Assembly: GCA_964483415.1 (NCBI GenBank)
Contig: CAZAAR010000002.1
Span: forward strand, 1 to 63,186
DNA length: 63,186 nucleotides
Direction: 5' to 3'
Source of the DNA: an uncultured Oscillospiraceae bacterium
GTDB taxonomy: Bacteria > Bacillota > Clostridia > Oscillospirales > Ruminococcaceae
How positions within the stretch are numbered: the stretch's first letter is position 1; the number at the start of each line of letters is the position of its first letter. The notes below the pieces were generated by a model. The model worked only from the letters and a program-made list of their open reading frames with translations. It did not search any database and had not been told where the DNA came from. Shown here in pieces: positions 17,473 through 28,019 of this stretch. The position numbers were made by a program, and so were the translations under genes.

Positions 17473-19872
17473 TCATTTCACCACGAGGTTCACAAGCTTG
17501 CCGGGGACGCAGATCTCCTTGACGAGGGTTTTTCCGGAAAGCAGCCCGGCGACGGCGATTTTCGCGGCTTCGAGCATCTCGTGCTCGGAGGCGCCGGCGT
17601 CGATGTCGATGCGCGCTTTGATTTTTCCGCAAATTTGGATCACGATCTCGACGGTCCGCTCCCGGCACTTCTTTTCGTCGTACCGCGGCCAAGCCTGCTT
17701 ACAGAGCAGCCCCCTGCCGCCGACGATTTCCCAGAGCTCCTCCGTGACGTGCGGGGCAAACGGGTTAAGGAGCATGAGCATGAGCTTATATTCCTCCCCG
17801 GTGACGGAGCCGGAGTCGCTGAGATCGTTGAGCAGCGTCATCATCGCGGCGATCGCGGTGTTCGCCTTGAGGCTGTCGATGTCCTCGCCGACCTTGCGGA
17901 TCGTGCGGTGGAACGCGCCCTCAAGCTGTGGGCGGACGCCGCCGGGGACGAGGTTCTCCTGAAGCGCCCAGATGCGGTCGAGGAAGCGCTTGCAGCCTTT
18001 GATGGAGCTCGTGCTCCACGGCGCGGCCTTCTCGAAGTCGCCGATGAACATCTCGTAAAGGCGCAGCGTGTCCGCGCCGTAGTCGCGGATCACGTCGTCG
18101 GGGTTGACCACGTTTCCGCGCGATTTCGACATCTTCTCGCCGTTTTCACCGAGGATCATGCCGTGGCTCGTGCGCTTTTGATACGGCTCCGGGCAGGAGA
18201 CCACGCCGATGTCGTAGAGGAATTTGTGCCAGAAGCGGGAGTAGAGCAGGTGGAGCGTCGTATGCTCCATGCCGCCGTTGTACCAGTCGACCGGGAGCCA
18301 GTAATCGAGGGCCTCCCTCGCGGCGATGGCGCCCTCACAATGCGGGTCGCAGTAGCGCATGAAGTACCAGCTCGAGCCGGCCCACTGCGGCATCGTGTCG
18401 GTCTCGCGCTTGGCGGGCCCGCCGCAGCGGGGGCATTTGGTGTTGACCCACTCGTCCATCTTGGAGAGCGGGCTCTCGCCGGTGTCGGTCGGCTCGTAGG
18501 ACCGCACGTCGGGGAGCAGCAGCGGCAGCTCCGTCTCCGGGAGCGGCTGCCAGCCGCAGGTTTCGCAGCAGACCATCGGGATCGGCTCGCCCCAGTATCT
18601 CTGGCGGCTGAAGACCCAGTCGCGGAGCTTGAAGTTGACCTTCGGGCGGGCCTTGCCCTCTTTTTCGAGGAATTCCGTGATCGCGGTTTTCGCCTCGGCG
18701 ACGCTCATGCCGTTGAGGAAGCCGGAGTTGACGAGGGTGCCCGTCGCGCAGTCGGTGAAGGCCTCCTTTGCGACGTCGCCGCCGCTCACGACCTCGACGA
18801 TCGGCAGGCCGAACTTCCTGGCGAAGTCCCAGTCGCGGGTGTCGTGCCCCGGCACCGCCATGATGGCCCCGGTGCCGTAGCTCATCAAAACATAGTCGGA
18901 GAGGAAGATCGGGATCTCGCTGCCGCTCACGGGGTTGACGCCCCGCACGCCCTTAATCTCGACGCCGGTCTTCTCTTTTACGAGCTCGGTGCGCTCGAAG
19001 TCACTCTTCGCGGCGGCCTGCTCGCGGTAGGCGCGGATCTCGTCCATGTTGGCGATCTTCGGCGCCCATTGTTCAATATAGGGGTGCTCCGGAGAGATGA
19101 CCATGTAGGTCGCGCCGAAGAGGGTGTCGGGCCGCGTGGTATAGACGGTCAGCGGGTCGCCCGCGGTGGTCGAAAAGTCGACCTCCGCGCCCGTGCTCCT
19201 GCCGATCCAGTTGATCTGGCTCGTCTTGACGCGGTCGATATAGTCGACGGTGTCGAGGTCACTGATCAAACGGTCGGCGTACTCGGTGATCTTGAGCATC
19301 CACTGGCTCTTGACCTTGTGGACGACCGGGCTGCCGCAGCGCTCGCAGACGCCGTCGACGACCTCCTCGTTGGCGAGCACGCACTTGCAGCCGGTGCACC
19401 AGTTGACGGACATCTCCTTCTTATAGGCGAGGCCGCGCTTGTAGAGCTGGAGAAAGATCCACTGCGTCCATTTATAGTAGTCCGGGTCGGTGGTGTTGAC
19501 CTCGCGGTCCCAGTCGAACGAGAAGCCCAGAGATTTGAGCTGGGCTTTAAAATGGGCGATGTTGTCCGTCGTGACGGTCTTCGGGTGGATGTGGTTTTTG
19601 ATGGCGTAGTTCTCGGTCGGCAGGCCGAAGGCGTCCCAGCCCATCGGGTAGAGCACGTTGTAGCCCTGCATCCGCTTCTTTCTCGCGACGAGGTCGAGGG
19701 CCGTGTAGGAGCGCGGGTGGCCGACGTGCAGCCCCTGCCCGGACGGGTAGGGGAATTCGACCAGCGCGTAATATTTCGGCTTCGAGTAGTCGTTCTCCGC
19801 GGCGAACGGCTTTTGTTCCTCCCAGATCCGCTGCCACTTCTTTTCGATCTCCGGGAAATCGTACCCTTTCAT
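17473..19872 (-). CDS. leuS: leucine--tRNA ligase
   Basis: [19 protein letters not shown]...[14 protein letters not shown] (HIGH motif) and KMSKSRGN (KMSKS motif). ATG at 19872 follows GGAGG. The 120 N-terminal codons of the track ORF are a non-coding leader. Confidence 0.95.
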   Translation of the reverse strand: MKGYDFPEIEKKWQRIWEEQKPFAAENDYSKPKYYALVEFPYPSGQGLHVGHPRSYTALDLVARKKRMQGYNVLYPMGWDAFGLPTENYAIKNHIHPKTVTTDNIAHFKAQLKSLGFSFDWDREVNTTDPDYYKWTQWIFLQLYKRGLAYKKEMSVNWCTGCKCVLANEEVVDGVCERCGSPVVHKVKSQWMLKITEYADRLISDLDTVDYIDRVKTSQINWIGRSTGAEVDFSTTAGDPLTVYTTRPDTLFGATYMVISPEHPYIEQWAPKIANMDEIRAYREQAAAKSDFERTELVKEKTGVEIKGVRGVNPVSGSEIPIFLSDYVLMSYGTGAIMAVPGHDTRDWDFARKFGLPIVEVVSGGDVAKEAFTDCATGTLVNSGFLNGMSVAEAKTAITEFLEKEGKARPKVNFKLRDWVFSRQRYWGEPIPMVCCETCGWQPLPETELPLLLPDVRSYEPTDTGESPLSKMDEWVNTKCPRCGGPAKRETDTMPQWAGSSWYFMRYCDPHCEGAIAAREALDYWLPVDWYNGGMEHTTLHLLYSRFWHKFLYDIGVVSCPEPYQKRTSHGMILGENGEKMSKSRGNVVNPDDVIRDYGADTLRLYEMFIGDFEKAAPWSTSSIKGCKRFLDRIWALQENLVPGGVRPQLEGAFHRTIRKVGEDIDSLKANTAIAAMMTLLNDLSDSGSVTGEEYKLMLMLLNPFAPHVTEELWEIVGGRGLLCKQAWPRYDEKKCRERTVEIVIQICGKIKARIDIDAGASEHEMLEAAKIAVAGLLSGKTLVKEICVPGKLVNLVVK

Positions 19873-19922
19873 GCTGACGCCTCCAAAAACAGGTCTCGGC
19901 AAAAGATTGCCGGTCTTCTTGC

Positions 19923-19947
19923 AAAAAAACCGCGCCGCCGGGCGCGG
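19923..19947 (-). terminator. terminator-like hairpin inside the leuS leader (possible attenuator)
   Basis: Minus strand CCGCGCC-CGGC-GGCGCGG followed by T7, about 50 nt upstream of the leuS ATG. Confidence 0.55.
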
Positions 19948-20125
19948 AAAAACGGACCCGCCCGGCAAAACGCCGGCCGGCGGAACAAAACACGGCTTCC
20001 GGTTCCGAGTTTCAGCGGAAACAGAAGCCCGTCCCCTTATCCGGAACGACCTTTGGCCGCCCAAAAAATATTCCTTGAGGATCGCGCCGCCCGTCTTTTC
20101 ACGGCCGGCGGGCCCCGCCTCATTT

Positions 20126-20506
20126 TTACTTCCCGGCGGGCTCCTCCGGCCCGGCGTGCGGGAAATCGACCTCCTCGACCTTCGCGTCGCTCCAGAGGCG
20201 CTCGAGCGAGTAGAACTGCCGCGTCTCCTCATAGAAGATGTGGACGATCACGTCCGCGTAGTCCATCAGGATCCACTTCGCGGAGGAGTAGCCCTCGACC
20301 CTGCGCGGGGCGACGCCGTCCTCATGGCCGAGGCGGAAGTCGATCTCGTCGGAGAGCGCCTGCACGAGGCTCGTGTTGTTCGCGGAGGCCAGCACAAAAT
20401 AGTCGCCCAGCGAGCTGATCTCCTTTATTTTGAGCACGCGGATGTCCGTGGCCTTTTTGCTGTCGAGGATGGTCGCGATCTTTTTCGCGAGGTCATAAGA
20501 TTCCAT
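20126..20506 (-). CDS. rsfS: ribosome silencing factor RsfS (iojap)
   Basis: 126 aa. [31 protein letters not shown]...[14 protein letters not shown]. Confidence 0.9.
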   Translation of the reverse strand: MESYDLAKKIATILDSKKATDIRVLKIKEISSLGDYFVLASANNTSLVQALSDEIDFRLGHEDGVAPRRVEGYSSAKWILMDYADVIVHIFYEETRQFYSLERLWSDAKVEEVDFPHAGPEEPAGK

Positions 20507-20509
20507 AGT

Positions 20510-21145
20510 TTACTCCCTTTCTTCATCCGGAGAGGCGGCTTCGGCGTTTTTATATTCTTCCAACAAATCCTGTGATTCTTTCGTGACCGGGAGGCCCTTT
20601 TCGCGCAGGTCGCCGACGATCCACCGGATCGAGTAGGCGAGGGCCCGTTCGGGCTCCCGCTCGGCGAGCTTCCGAAGCCAGCCGCTCGCCGGGTATTCCC
20701 GGTCGTCGCTCGTGAGATCGGCCATGTAGATCGTCTTTTCGAGCGGGGACATGCCGCCCCGGCCGGAGGTGTGGTAGCGCACCGCGCTCAAAATGTCCGC
20801 GTCGGTCACGCCGAGCTCGTCCCGTATGTAGACGAAGCCGGCCGCGGAGTGCCAGAGGGCGGGGGAGGCCGCCGCGTCGCTGTCCAAAATTATACCACCG
20901 GCCTTGGCGGTTTGCAACTGCTCGGCGGACGTGCTGCATTTGCAGACGTCGTGCACAAGCCCCGCGAAGCCCGCCTTGCCGGGGTCCGCGCCGAATTTCG
21001 GCGCGAGCAGCAGGGCCCGCTCGGCGACAAGCAGCGAGTGCCGCAGGCGCTTCTCCGAGAGCCGCTCCCGGAGCAGATCCATAACCCGCTCCGTGTCCAA
21101 TCCGCAATATTCGGCCGCGTTTATACGCTTTGTCAAATTTTCCAC
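20510..21145 (-). CDS. yqeK: HD-domain bis(5'-nucleosyl)-tetraphosphatase YqeK
   Basis: 211 aa. RLRHSLLVAE...GLVHDVCK (HD motif). Lies in the conserved nadD-yqeK-rsfS neighbourhood. Confidence 0.85.
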   Translation of the reverse strand: MENLTKRINAAEYCGLDTERVMDLLRERLSEKRLRHSLLVAERALLLAPKFGADPGKAGFAGLVHDVCKCSTSAEQLQTAKAGGIILDSDAAASPALWHSAAGFVYIRDELGVTDADILSAVRYHTSGRGGMSPLEKTIYMADLTSDDREYPASGWLRKLAEREPERALAYSIRWIVGDLREKGLPVTKESQDLLEEYKNAEAASPDEERE

Positions 21146-21186
21146 AAATTTTTCTCTTTTCTGATAGAGGATAACCGGCTGCCGGG

Positions 21187-22224
21187 TCAGGAGCCGGACG
21201 CCGCGGAGGACGCCTCCGCCTCGGAAACGGGCTCCTCCGGGTAGGTCGCGATGGATTCGATCAGGGCCTTTTTGTAGTGGCCGCGGCCCTCGTCGAGCAG
21301 CTTGAGGTCGCCGCCCGCGATCTTGAAGGTGGAATAGAACCAGTCGTCGTAGGCGCCCTTGAAGTTGACCTGCAGGATCCCGTTCTCCCGCAGCAGCACC
21401 GAATCGAAGAATCCGGCCTTTTCGGCGATCTCGTCGAGCTTTTCCTCGCTCGCGTTGGGGTAGTATTTTTCGAGCAGGGTGGCGGTCAGGCCGTGGTAGT
21501 AGACCTCGTTGACGAACGCCGCGCCGGCGGGGTAGGCCTTGAGGTCGGAGCGGTGCAGATCGTCGCGCGCGCCGTATTCGCGGAACTCGCCGTTCTTATA
21601 ATAAAACCAGTAGGGCTTCAGCGACGGCTCCTCGTCGGCGGATTCCTCCTCGTCGATGTAGCGGTCATAGGAGAGGTCCCACGCCGTGAAATTGCCGTCT
21701 TTGTCTTGGGAGAGGCTCCGCACCTTTCCGGAGAGGGCGGGCTGGTAGACCTTGCTGTTCTCCACGCCGAAGATATAGGTCAAGCCCGTCTTGCCGCTCT
21801 GATGGATCAGCGCGAGCGCCCCGCCGGGGAGCTCGGCGAGCTCCGGATATGTATAGCTGCCCATGCCCAGCGTCTCGACGGCGTAATCCTTCGTCACAAA
21901 CCACGCGCTGCCGACGAAGCCGCCGTTTTCGTCCGTGACGCCGGATTCCGCCGTGAAGCCGAACGCCTCGTAGGCGCCGTCCCCGTCGAAATCGCGGCAC
22001 TCGAACCAGAGAATGCTCCCCTCGGCGTAGCCCTTGAGCACGGCGCGCAGCGCGTCCTCGGTGCCGGAGTCGTCCGTCTCCGCCATGGGCTCCACCTTGC
22101 CGACGAATTTGTCGAGCAGGCCCATGTAGCCCTCGCGCAGCTCGGCGAATTTGCCCGAGCATCCGACGAACAGCGCCGCGAGCACGGCGGTCCCGGCGAG
22201 CGCGGTCATGATTTTCTTGTGCAT
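21187..22224 (-). CDS. hypothetical lipoprotein
   Basis: 345 aa. Lipobox LAALFVGC at residues ~16-23. No family recognised. GC3-rich coding frame. Confidence 0.7.
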   Translation of the reverse strand: MHKKIMTALAGTAVLAALFVGCSGKFAELREGYMGLLDKFVGKVEPMAETDDSGTEDALRAVLKGYAEGSILWFECRDFDGDGAYEAFGFTAESGVTDENGGFVGSAWFVTKDYAVETLGMGSYTYPELAELPGGALALIHQSGKTGLTYIFGVENSKVYQPALSGKVRSLSQDKDGNFTAWDLSYDRYIDEEESADEEPSLKPYWFYYKNGEFREYGARDDLHRSDLKAYPAGAAFVNEVYYHGLTATLLEKYYPNASEEKLDEIAEKAGFFDSVLLRENGILQVNFKGAYDDWFYSTFKIAGGDLKLLDEGRGHYKKALIESIATYPEEPVSEAEASSAASGS

Positions 22225-22284
22225 CTGCGTTCCTCCTGTTGGGGAAGACGGCCGCCGGCGGGATGGACCGTTCCATGGAAACGG

Positions 22285-22884
22285 TCACCGACAGTATAGG
22301 CCATGCTCCCAGATATATTCCGCCACGTCCCGCGGCACGGCGTAGGAGAAGTCCTCCCCCTCGCGCGCCTTGCGCCGGATCTGTGTGGAAGAGATTTCAT
22401 AGACGTCGATCGGCAGGATCCTCACGTCGGCGCCCTCGCTCATCAGTTCTCCGGCCTTGGCGGTCAGGGCGCTCTCCTCCTCCCAAGTCCTCGGGGCGCA
22501 GACGAGCGCCGCCTTTTCAATGATGCGGTGCCAGTTGTGCCATTGCTCAAACGAGAGCAGCATGTCGCCGCCGACGAGCAAAAGGAGCTCGTCCTCCGGG
22601 TAGCGCTGCGCGAGCTCCTCCACCGTGTCGGAGGTGTAGCTCGGCCCGCCCCTTTGGATCTCCAGATCGCTGACCTCAAAGCGCGGGTCGCCCGCGAAGG
22701 CGATCCGGCACATGGCGAGGCGGTCCTCCGCGGGGGCGAGCCGCGGGGCGTCCTTGTGCGGCGGCAGGAAGGTCGGTACGATCAGCATCCGGTCGGGGCG
22801 AAGCTCCTCAAGAAAGGCTTTCGCCGCGTGGACGTGCCCGTTATGGACGGGGTCGAAGCTGCCGCCGAAAATTCCGGTTTTCAA
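22285..22884 (-). CDS. nadD: nicotinate-nucleotide adenylyltransferase
   Basis: 199 aa. GIFGGSFDPVHNGH (HxGH motif) and ISSTQIR. Confidence 0.9.
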   Translation of the reverse strand: MKTGIFGGSFDPVHNGHVHAAKAFLEELRPDRMLIVPTFLPPHKDAPRLAPAEDRLAMCRIAFAGDPRFEVSDLEIQRGGPSYTSDTVEELAQRYPEDELLLLVGGDMLLSFEQWHNWHRIIEKAALVCAPRTWEEESALTAKAGELMSEGADVRILPIDVYEISSTQIRRKAREGEDFSYAVPRDVAEYIWEHGLYCR

Positions 22885-22899
22885 ATTAAAGCCTTCCTT

Positions 22900-23196
22900 T
22901 CAGCGGGTCAAAGTGATCTTCGGTTCCTTCAGATTGCGCTTGTAGACGACAAAGCGGCGGCCGATGACCTGTACCGGCTCGCTCCCCGGGATGGCCGCGA
23001 GCGCGAGGGCGGCGGCCTCCTTTGAGGAGACGGGCGAGGTCTCAAGCACCGAAACCTTGACGAGTTCTCTGGCCTCGAGCGCCTGCGCGAGGTTCTCAAG
23101 GATGTTTTCGTTGACGCCCTCCTTGCCGATCTGAAGGATCGCGGGGAGGGGGTTTGCGAGTCCGCGCAGAAACGCGCGCTGTTTGGCGGTGATCAT
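22900..23196 (-). CDS. yhbY: YhbY/CRM-domain RNA-binding protein
   Basis: 98 aa. MITAKQRAFLRGLANPLPAILQIGKEGVNENI...ELVKV. Confidence 0.85.
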   Translation of the reverse strand: MITAKQRAFLRGLANPLPAILQIGKEGVNENILENLAQALEARELVKVSVLETSPVSSKEAAALALAAIPGSEPVQVIGRRFVVYKRNLKEPKITLTR

Positions 23197-23214
23197 AAAC
23201 GGTCTTTCTCTTTT

Positions 23215-23814
23215 CTATAAAATAATCGTTGATTCCTGTTTCAAAAGCGCCGCGAGCTTCCGCAGCGCGATCCCCCTATGACTGACGGCGTCCTTCTCCT
23301 CCGGCGGGAGCGCGGCGAAGCTTTGCCCCTCGTAGAGGAAGATCGGGTCGTAGCCGAAGCCGCCCATGCCATCTTTTTGGAAACCGATCGAGCCGTCGCA
23401 GCGGCCCTCGGCTAGCAGCAGCCCGCCGCCGGGGTAACAGAGCGCGATCGCGCAGGCGAAATGCGCGCCGCGTTTTTCGGCCGGCACGCCCTCGAGCGCC
23501 CCGAGCAGCTTCTCCATGCACATGTCCGGCGTGCCGCGCTCCCCGGCGTATCGCGCCGTGTAGACGCCGGGCGCGCCGTTCAGGTAATCGACGCAGAGCC
23601 CGCTGTCGTCGCCGGCGGCGGGAAGCCCGGTCGCTTTACAGACGGCTTTCGCCTTTAATATCGCGTTTTCCGCGAAGGTCGCGCCGTGCTCCTCGATCTC
23701 GTCGGGGCAGCCGGCCTCTTGTGCGGAGACGGGCTCGTACCCGAGCGGCGCGAGCATCCGCCGGAACTCCGCCATTTTACCGGAGTTATGTGTCGCGATG
23801 ATGATTTTTTGCAT
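23215..23814 (-). CDS. rdgB: dITP/XTP pyrophosphatase (RdgB/HAM1 family)
   Basis: 199 aa from ATG 23814. MQKIIIATHNSGKMAEF...DDSGLCVDYLNGAPGVYTARY...FGYDPIF. The upstream 187 codons of the track ORF are Arg/Pro-rich non-coding sequence. Confidence 0.9.
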   Translation of the reverse strand: MQKIIIATHNSGKMAEFRRMLAPLGYEPVSAQEAGCPDEIEEHGATFAENAILKAKAVCKATGLPAAGDDSGLCVDYLNGAPGVYTARYAGERGTPDMCMEKLLGALEGVPAEKRGAHFACAIALCYPGGGLLLAEGRCDGSIGFQKDGMGGFGYDPIFLYEGQSFAALPPEEKDAVSHRGIALRKLAALLKQESTIIL

Positions 23815-24107
23815 ACCGTTTTCTTTCTCTTTTAATTTAGAATATCGGGTCCGCCTTCCAAACGCCTCCCGTTTCCGGGCGAAGGTTTTGGACGGGCGAT
23901 TTCGGAAACGACTTTTTGAGGGCTCCTTACGCCGGGCAGCCCCGCCGGGCGGGCGCTTTCGGGGAACTTCCGGTTTTTTTTCGATTCCGATTCGGCCCGT
24001 CGTTTTTTTGGAAGCCGAGCCGCCCGCTCCGTTTTCAAACCGGGCGGCCCTATTTTTAAGCGGCCCTTTCCGGTCTCCCCTTTTGAGTCGTCCGGCGGGT
24101 TCCGCCG

Positions 24108-25019
24108 TTATTTTTCTTCCGAAGCAAAGAGCGCCTTCGCGAAATCCTCGGCGTGGAAGGGCTGCAGATCGTCGGCCTGCTCGCCGACGCCGATAAAGCG
24201 GATCGGGATGCCGAGCTCCTTGCGGATGCCGATCACGACGCCGCCGCGGGCCGTGCCGTCGAGCTTTGTGAGCACGATGCCCGTGAGCCCGCAGGCGTTC
24301 TGAAATTCCCGCGCCTGATTGAGTGCGTTCTGGCCGGTGGTGGCGTCGAGGACCAGCAGGGTTTCGACCGGGCACCCCCCGGCCTCCTTGGCGATCACGC
24401 GGCTGACCTTGGAGAGCTCGTCCATCAGCCCTTTTTTGTTGTGCAGGCGGCCGGCGGTGTCGCAGATGACGACGTCGGCCCTCCGCGCCTTCCCGGCGGC
24501 GATCGCGTCGAAGACCACGGCCGCGGGGTCGGAGCCCTCGGCGTGCTTGACCAGCTCGGCGCCCGAGCGCTCGGCCCAGATCTCGAGCTGCTCGATGGCC
24601 GCCGCGCGGAACGTATCCGCCGCCGCGACGACGACCTTTTTTCCGGCCTCCGTGTAGCGCTTCGCGATCTTGCCGATCGTGGTGGTCTTGCCCACGCCGT
24701 TGACGCCGATCATCAAAATAATCAGCGGGTGCCCCTCGGGCATCGGCTGCGCGCCCGCGAGCATCTCCGCGATGATCTGCTGCATAGCCTTCCGCGCCTG
24801 CTCCGGCTCGGTGAGGTGTTCCGCCTTGACCTTTTTGCGGAGCTCGCCGCAGACCGCGGACGCGGTGGGGACGCCGACATCCGCCAGCAGCAGGGCCTCC
24901 TCGAGCTCGTCGTAAAACGCGTCGTCGATTTTCGACACGGAGAACACGTCGTCGAAGCGCTCGCGTATCGAGTCCCTCGTCTTTTTGAGCCCGGCGCTGA
25001 TCTTGGAAAAAATACTCAT
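24108..25019 (-). CDS. ftsY: signal recognition particle receptor FtsY
   Basis: 303 aa. [30 protein letters not shown]. Confidence 0.95.
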   Translation of the reverse strand: MSIFSKISAGLKKTRDSIRERFDDVFSVSKIDDAFYDELEEALLLADVGVPTASAVCGELRKKVKAEHLTEPEQARKAMQQIIAEMLAGAQPMPEGHPLIILMIGVNGVGKTTTIGKIAKRYTEAGKKVVVAAADTFRAAAIEQLEIWAERSGAELVKHAEGSDPAAVVFDAIAAGKARRADVVICDTAGRLHNKKGLMDELSKVSRVIAKEAGGCPVETLLVLDATTGQNALNQAREFQNACGLTGIVLTKLDGTARGGVVIGIRKELGIPIRFIGVGEQADDLQPFHAEDFAKALFASEEK

Positions 25020-25268
25020 CTTAAATCCTCTTTAAAGAATAAAATCATCCGATGTAATTTAGGGAAAAGAGCGCATCCTTGGCAAGGATGAAGTCACGGA
25101 TCCGGAGGTTTTGGAGAAAGCCCCGCGGCGCTTTCCGTCCCGTTTGCCGGAGCCCGTGCCCGAAGGTTCTCCCTTGCGGCCATGGGGCCCGGCTTGGGGG
25201 ACTCCGTCTATCGGCGTTCTTTCTTGAAACGCGGCGGCCCGCGCCCGTTCCGGCGCTTGCCTCCGCGG

Positions 25269-28010
25269 TCACCGCCGCAGATTCATCTCCATCCACTGTT
25301 CGCGGGAGATCATCACCTGCCGCGGCTTGCTGCCCTCAAACGGTCCGACGATGCCCCGCTCCTCCATCTGGTCGATGATGCGGGCGGCCCGCGCGTAGCC
25401 GAGCTTGAGCTTGCGCTGAAGCAGCGAGGTGGAGGCCTGTCCCATCTCGACCACACATTCGATGGCCGCCGGGAGCATCTCGTCCTCGTCCGGAGCGCCG
25501 CCGTCCTCGTCGGCGTCGGAAGCGCGCTTCGCGCCCTTTTCGACGGCGGCGTTGCGCTCGATCTCCTCTTGGATACGCTCGTCGTAGGCGGCGGGCGCGT
25601 CGCCCTTGATGAAGGCGACCACGTCCTCGACCTCGTTGTCGCTGACGAAGCACCCTTGGATCCGCTGCGGTTTCGGGGAGCCGACCGGGCTGAAGAGCAT
25701 GTCGCCGCGCCCGAGCAGCTTCTCGGCGCCGCCGCCGTCCAGAATGGTGCGGCTGTCGACGTAGGAGGAGACCGCGAAGGCGATGCGGCTTGGAATATTC
25801 GCTTTGATGATGCCGGTGATGACGTCGACGGAGGGGCGCTGCGTCGCGATGGCGAGGTGCATGCCCGCCGCGCGCGCCATCTGGGCGAGGCGGCAGACCG
25901 CGTCCTCAACTTCGTTGGGCGCGACCATCATGAGGTCGGCCAGCTCGTCGATGATGATGACGATCTGCGGCATCGGCTGTAAATCCTCCCTCGTCTCGGC
26001 GAGCTTGTTGAAGCCGGTGAGGTCCCGCACGCCGTTGTCGGCGAAGAGCTTATATCTGCCCAGCATCTCGGAGACCGCCCAGTTGAGCGCGCCCGCCGCT
26101 TTCCTCGGGTCCGTGACGACCGGGACCAGCAGGTGCGGGATGCCGTTGTAGACGCCGAGCTCGACGACCTTCGGGTCGATCATCAAAAGACGGACCTCGC
26201 CCGGCGACGCCTTGTAAAGCAAGCTGACGATCATGGAGTTGATGCAGACGGATTTTCCGGAGCCGGTGGCCCCGGCGATCAGCAGGTGCGGCATCTTGGC
26301 GAGATCCGCGACCATAATGCGGCCCGCGATGTCCTTGCCCAGCGCCACCGAGAGCTTGTTTTTGGCGCTCTGAAACTCGCCGGAGTCGATGATCTCGCGG
26401 ATGCTGACCGTGGCGATGTTTTTATTCGGCACCTCGATGCCCACGGCGGCCTTGTTCGGGATCGGCGCCTCGATGCGCACGCCGGCGGAGGCGAGGTTCA
26501 GCGCGATGTCGTCCGCGAGGTTTGTGATCTTGCTGATCTTGACGCCCGCGGAGGGCTGTAATTCGTAGCGCGTGACGGCGGGGCCCCTTGAAATGTTGAC
26601 GACCCTCGTCTGCACGCCGAAGCTGTTGAGCGTGTCCACCAGGAGGTCGGCGTTCTGCTTAAGCTCCAATGTAATGTCCCCGGACTCCGTGCGAACCGCG
26701 GGCCGGAGCAGATTCACGGGCGGGAAGCGGTAGACGCGCGTCTCAAAGTCGTCCGCCGCGTCGACGGCGAACTTCCGCTCGGCCCGCTCGAGCGCGTGCC
26801 GTTCGTCCTTCTTCTTATTTTCATCCTGCCGCGCCGCGCGCCGGATCAGCTCTTCAAGCTCCTCGGAGGTCTTGAAGCCGTCGCTGGTCGTGACATCCAA
26901 AGGGAAGGAGGAGGAGACGGTTCTCGCGAAGGGATTTCCCTCCGCCCCGGAGAGTCCGGCGCCCGCTCTTTCTTTTAAAAGGGCGGCCTCTTTTTCCGCG
27001 AGGAGCTGCTCCGGCGTCACGACCTTGAAGCCGTTCATCACGACGGCCCGTTCGTTTCGGAGCGGGGAGGTCGCGGCGGTCGCCTTAGAAAATGTATAGG
27101 CGGCGGCCGTGGGCGCGGGGCCCGCGGGGGCCCGGCCCGTTTCGCCGCCCCGCGAGGGGATGTCGCCTTCGAGCGGGATGTCGATCACGCGGTCCCCGCC
27201 CGCGAAAGTCCCGCCGGAAGCGGAGCCCGCCGCCGCGTCGAGCAGCCTGCTCTTCGCGTCCTGCGCGGGGTCAAAACCGAAACGCTTCGGCGAGCGGACC
27301 GGGTGCTGCGGCAGCGGGTCGTCGAGCGGGATGTCGATCGTCGCGCCCGAATCCGGCTGCGTGCGGGCGTGCTCAACCTGCTCGGTGTAGACGTCGCGCA
27401 CCTTTTTACCGGCCTCCTTGGTCCCGCGGGCAAGCCCCGCTAGCGAAGTGCCGGTAATCAGCATGAGCATCACAAAAATTAAAATCGAGACTGTGATTTT
27501 CGCCCCGGTCTCGCCGAGAAACAGATAGAGCGGGACGCCGAGGATCACCGAGAAAAACCCGCCGCCCCGGAGTTCCTTTCCGTTTTGGAATAACGTTTTT
27601 GCGATATTGGGAAAGCTCTCGTCGGGGATGCCGCCCTCGACGAAGATCGTGGTGGCGGCGCAGACGAGGGTCAGGAGCCCCAGCACCTCCCAGACCTTCG
27701 CCGAGGAGGAGAAGCTCGGCTTCTCCAGCGTATTCATTACGGCGAGATACAGAAACAGCGGTCCGATCAGATAGGCGCACCATCCGAACATCCCGAACGC
27801 GAACCCGTGCAGCGCCGCCCAGAAATTCTCCCCGGACACAAGCGTCAGCGCGATGAAAAACACGCCGAGCGCGAGAAACAGGATCGCGAAAAGCTGTTTG
27901 TTCGAGGAGGAGAACTCCTGCTGTTTCGCCGCCGGGGCGCCCCGTTTTGCGGCGGTTTTCTTTTTCGTGCTTTTTTCGGCCAAGTTGTCACCCCGTTTCG
28001 TCATGGCCAT
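25269..28010 (-). CDS. ftsK: DNA translocase FtsK/SpoIIIE
   Basis: 913 aa. N-terminal TM helices, a linker, and a motor domain with [13 protein letters not shown] (Walker A), IIIDELADL, and a gamma WH domain. Confidence 0.95.
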   Translation of the reverse strand: MAMTKRGDNLAEKSTKKKTAAKRGAPAAKQQEFSSSNKQLFAILFLALGVFFIALTLVSGENFWAALHGFAFGMFGWCAYLIGPLFLYLAVMNTLEKPSFSSSAKVWEVLGLLTLVCAATTIFVEGGIPDESFPNIAKTLFQNGKELRGGGFFSVILGVPLYLFLGETGAKITVSILIFVMLMLITGTSLAGLARGTKEAGKKVRDVYTEQVEHARTQPDSGATIDIPLDDPLPQHPVRSPKRFGFDPAQDAKSRLLDAAAGSASGGTFAGGDRVIDIPLEGDIPSRGGETGRAPAGPAPTAAAYTFSKATAATSPLRNERAVVMNGFKVVTPEQLLAEKEAALLKERAGAGLSGAEGNPFARTVSSSFPLDVTTSDGFKTSEELEELIRRAARQDENKKKDERHALERAERKFAVDAADDFETRVYRFPPVNLLRPAVRTESGDITLELKQNADLLVDTLNSFGVQTRVVNISRGPAVTRYELQPSAGVKISKITNLADDIALNLASAGVRIEAPIPNKAAVGIEVPNKNIATVSIREIIDSGEFQSAKNKLSVALGKDIAGRIMVADLAKMPHLLIAGATGSGKSVCINSMIVSLLYKASPGEVRLLMIDPKVVELGVYNGIPHLLVPVVTDPRKAAGALNWAVSEMLGRYKLFADNGVRDLTGFNKLAETREDLQPMPQIVIIIDELADLMMVAPNEVEDAVCRLAQMARAAGMHLAIATQRPSVDVITGIIKANIPSRIAFAVSSYVDSRTILDGGGAEKLLGRGDMLFSPVGSPKPQRIQGCFVSDNEVEDVVAFIKGDAPAAYDERIQEEIERNAAVEKGAKRASDADEDGGAPDEDEMLPAAIECVVEMGQASTSLLQRKLKLGYARAARIIDQMEERGIVGPFEGSKPRQVMISREQWMEMNLRR

Positions 28011-28019
28011 GGTTGTTTT

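Noticed and set aside
19873-20125. T-box riboswitch call for the leuS leader
   Set aside because: I expected one but could not find the conserved GGGTGGTACCGCG-type T-box sequence or a UGGN bulge for the tRNA 3' end. A CTC codon is present, but in no recognisable specifier-loop context. It is left as an unclassified attenuator (see findings).
19873-20232. N-terminal 120-codon extension of the leuS ORF. The same applies to the extensions of the rdgB ORF (23815-24375), surface protein B (12450-12731), the sortase (41951-42130) and efp (15334-15369).
   Set aside because: The extensions are Arg/Pro-rich, lack RBSs, and overlap leaders or neighbouring genes. Canonical N-termini with good Shine-Dalgarno sequences occur at the internal starts used in the feature table.
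17581-20418. 945-aa plus-strand ORF
   Set aside because: It is antisense to leuS and rsfS, both of which have unmistakable motifs (HIGH, KMSKS). Same artefact class as 3464-4657, 21277-22299, 24153-25091, 27807-29000, 33160-34254, 40490-41932, 53372-55096, 58194-59429 and 60615-62831.
25071-25090. Perfect palindrome CATCCTTGGCAAGGATG between ftsK and ftsY, considered as an operator
   Set aside because: It is a single occurrence, followed on the minus strand by CTCTTTT. It is most simply a weak ftsK terminator hairpin, and there is not enough evidence to call it a regulatory site.
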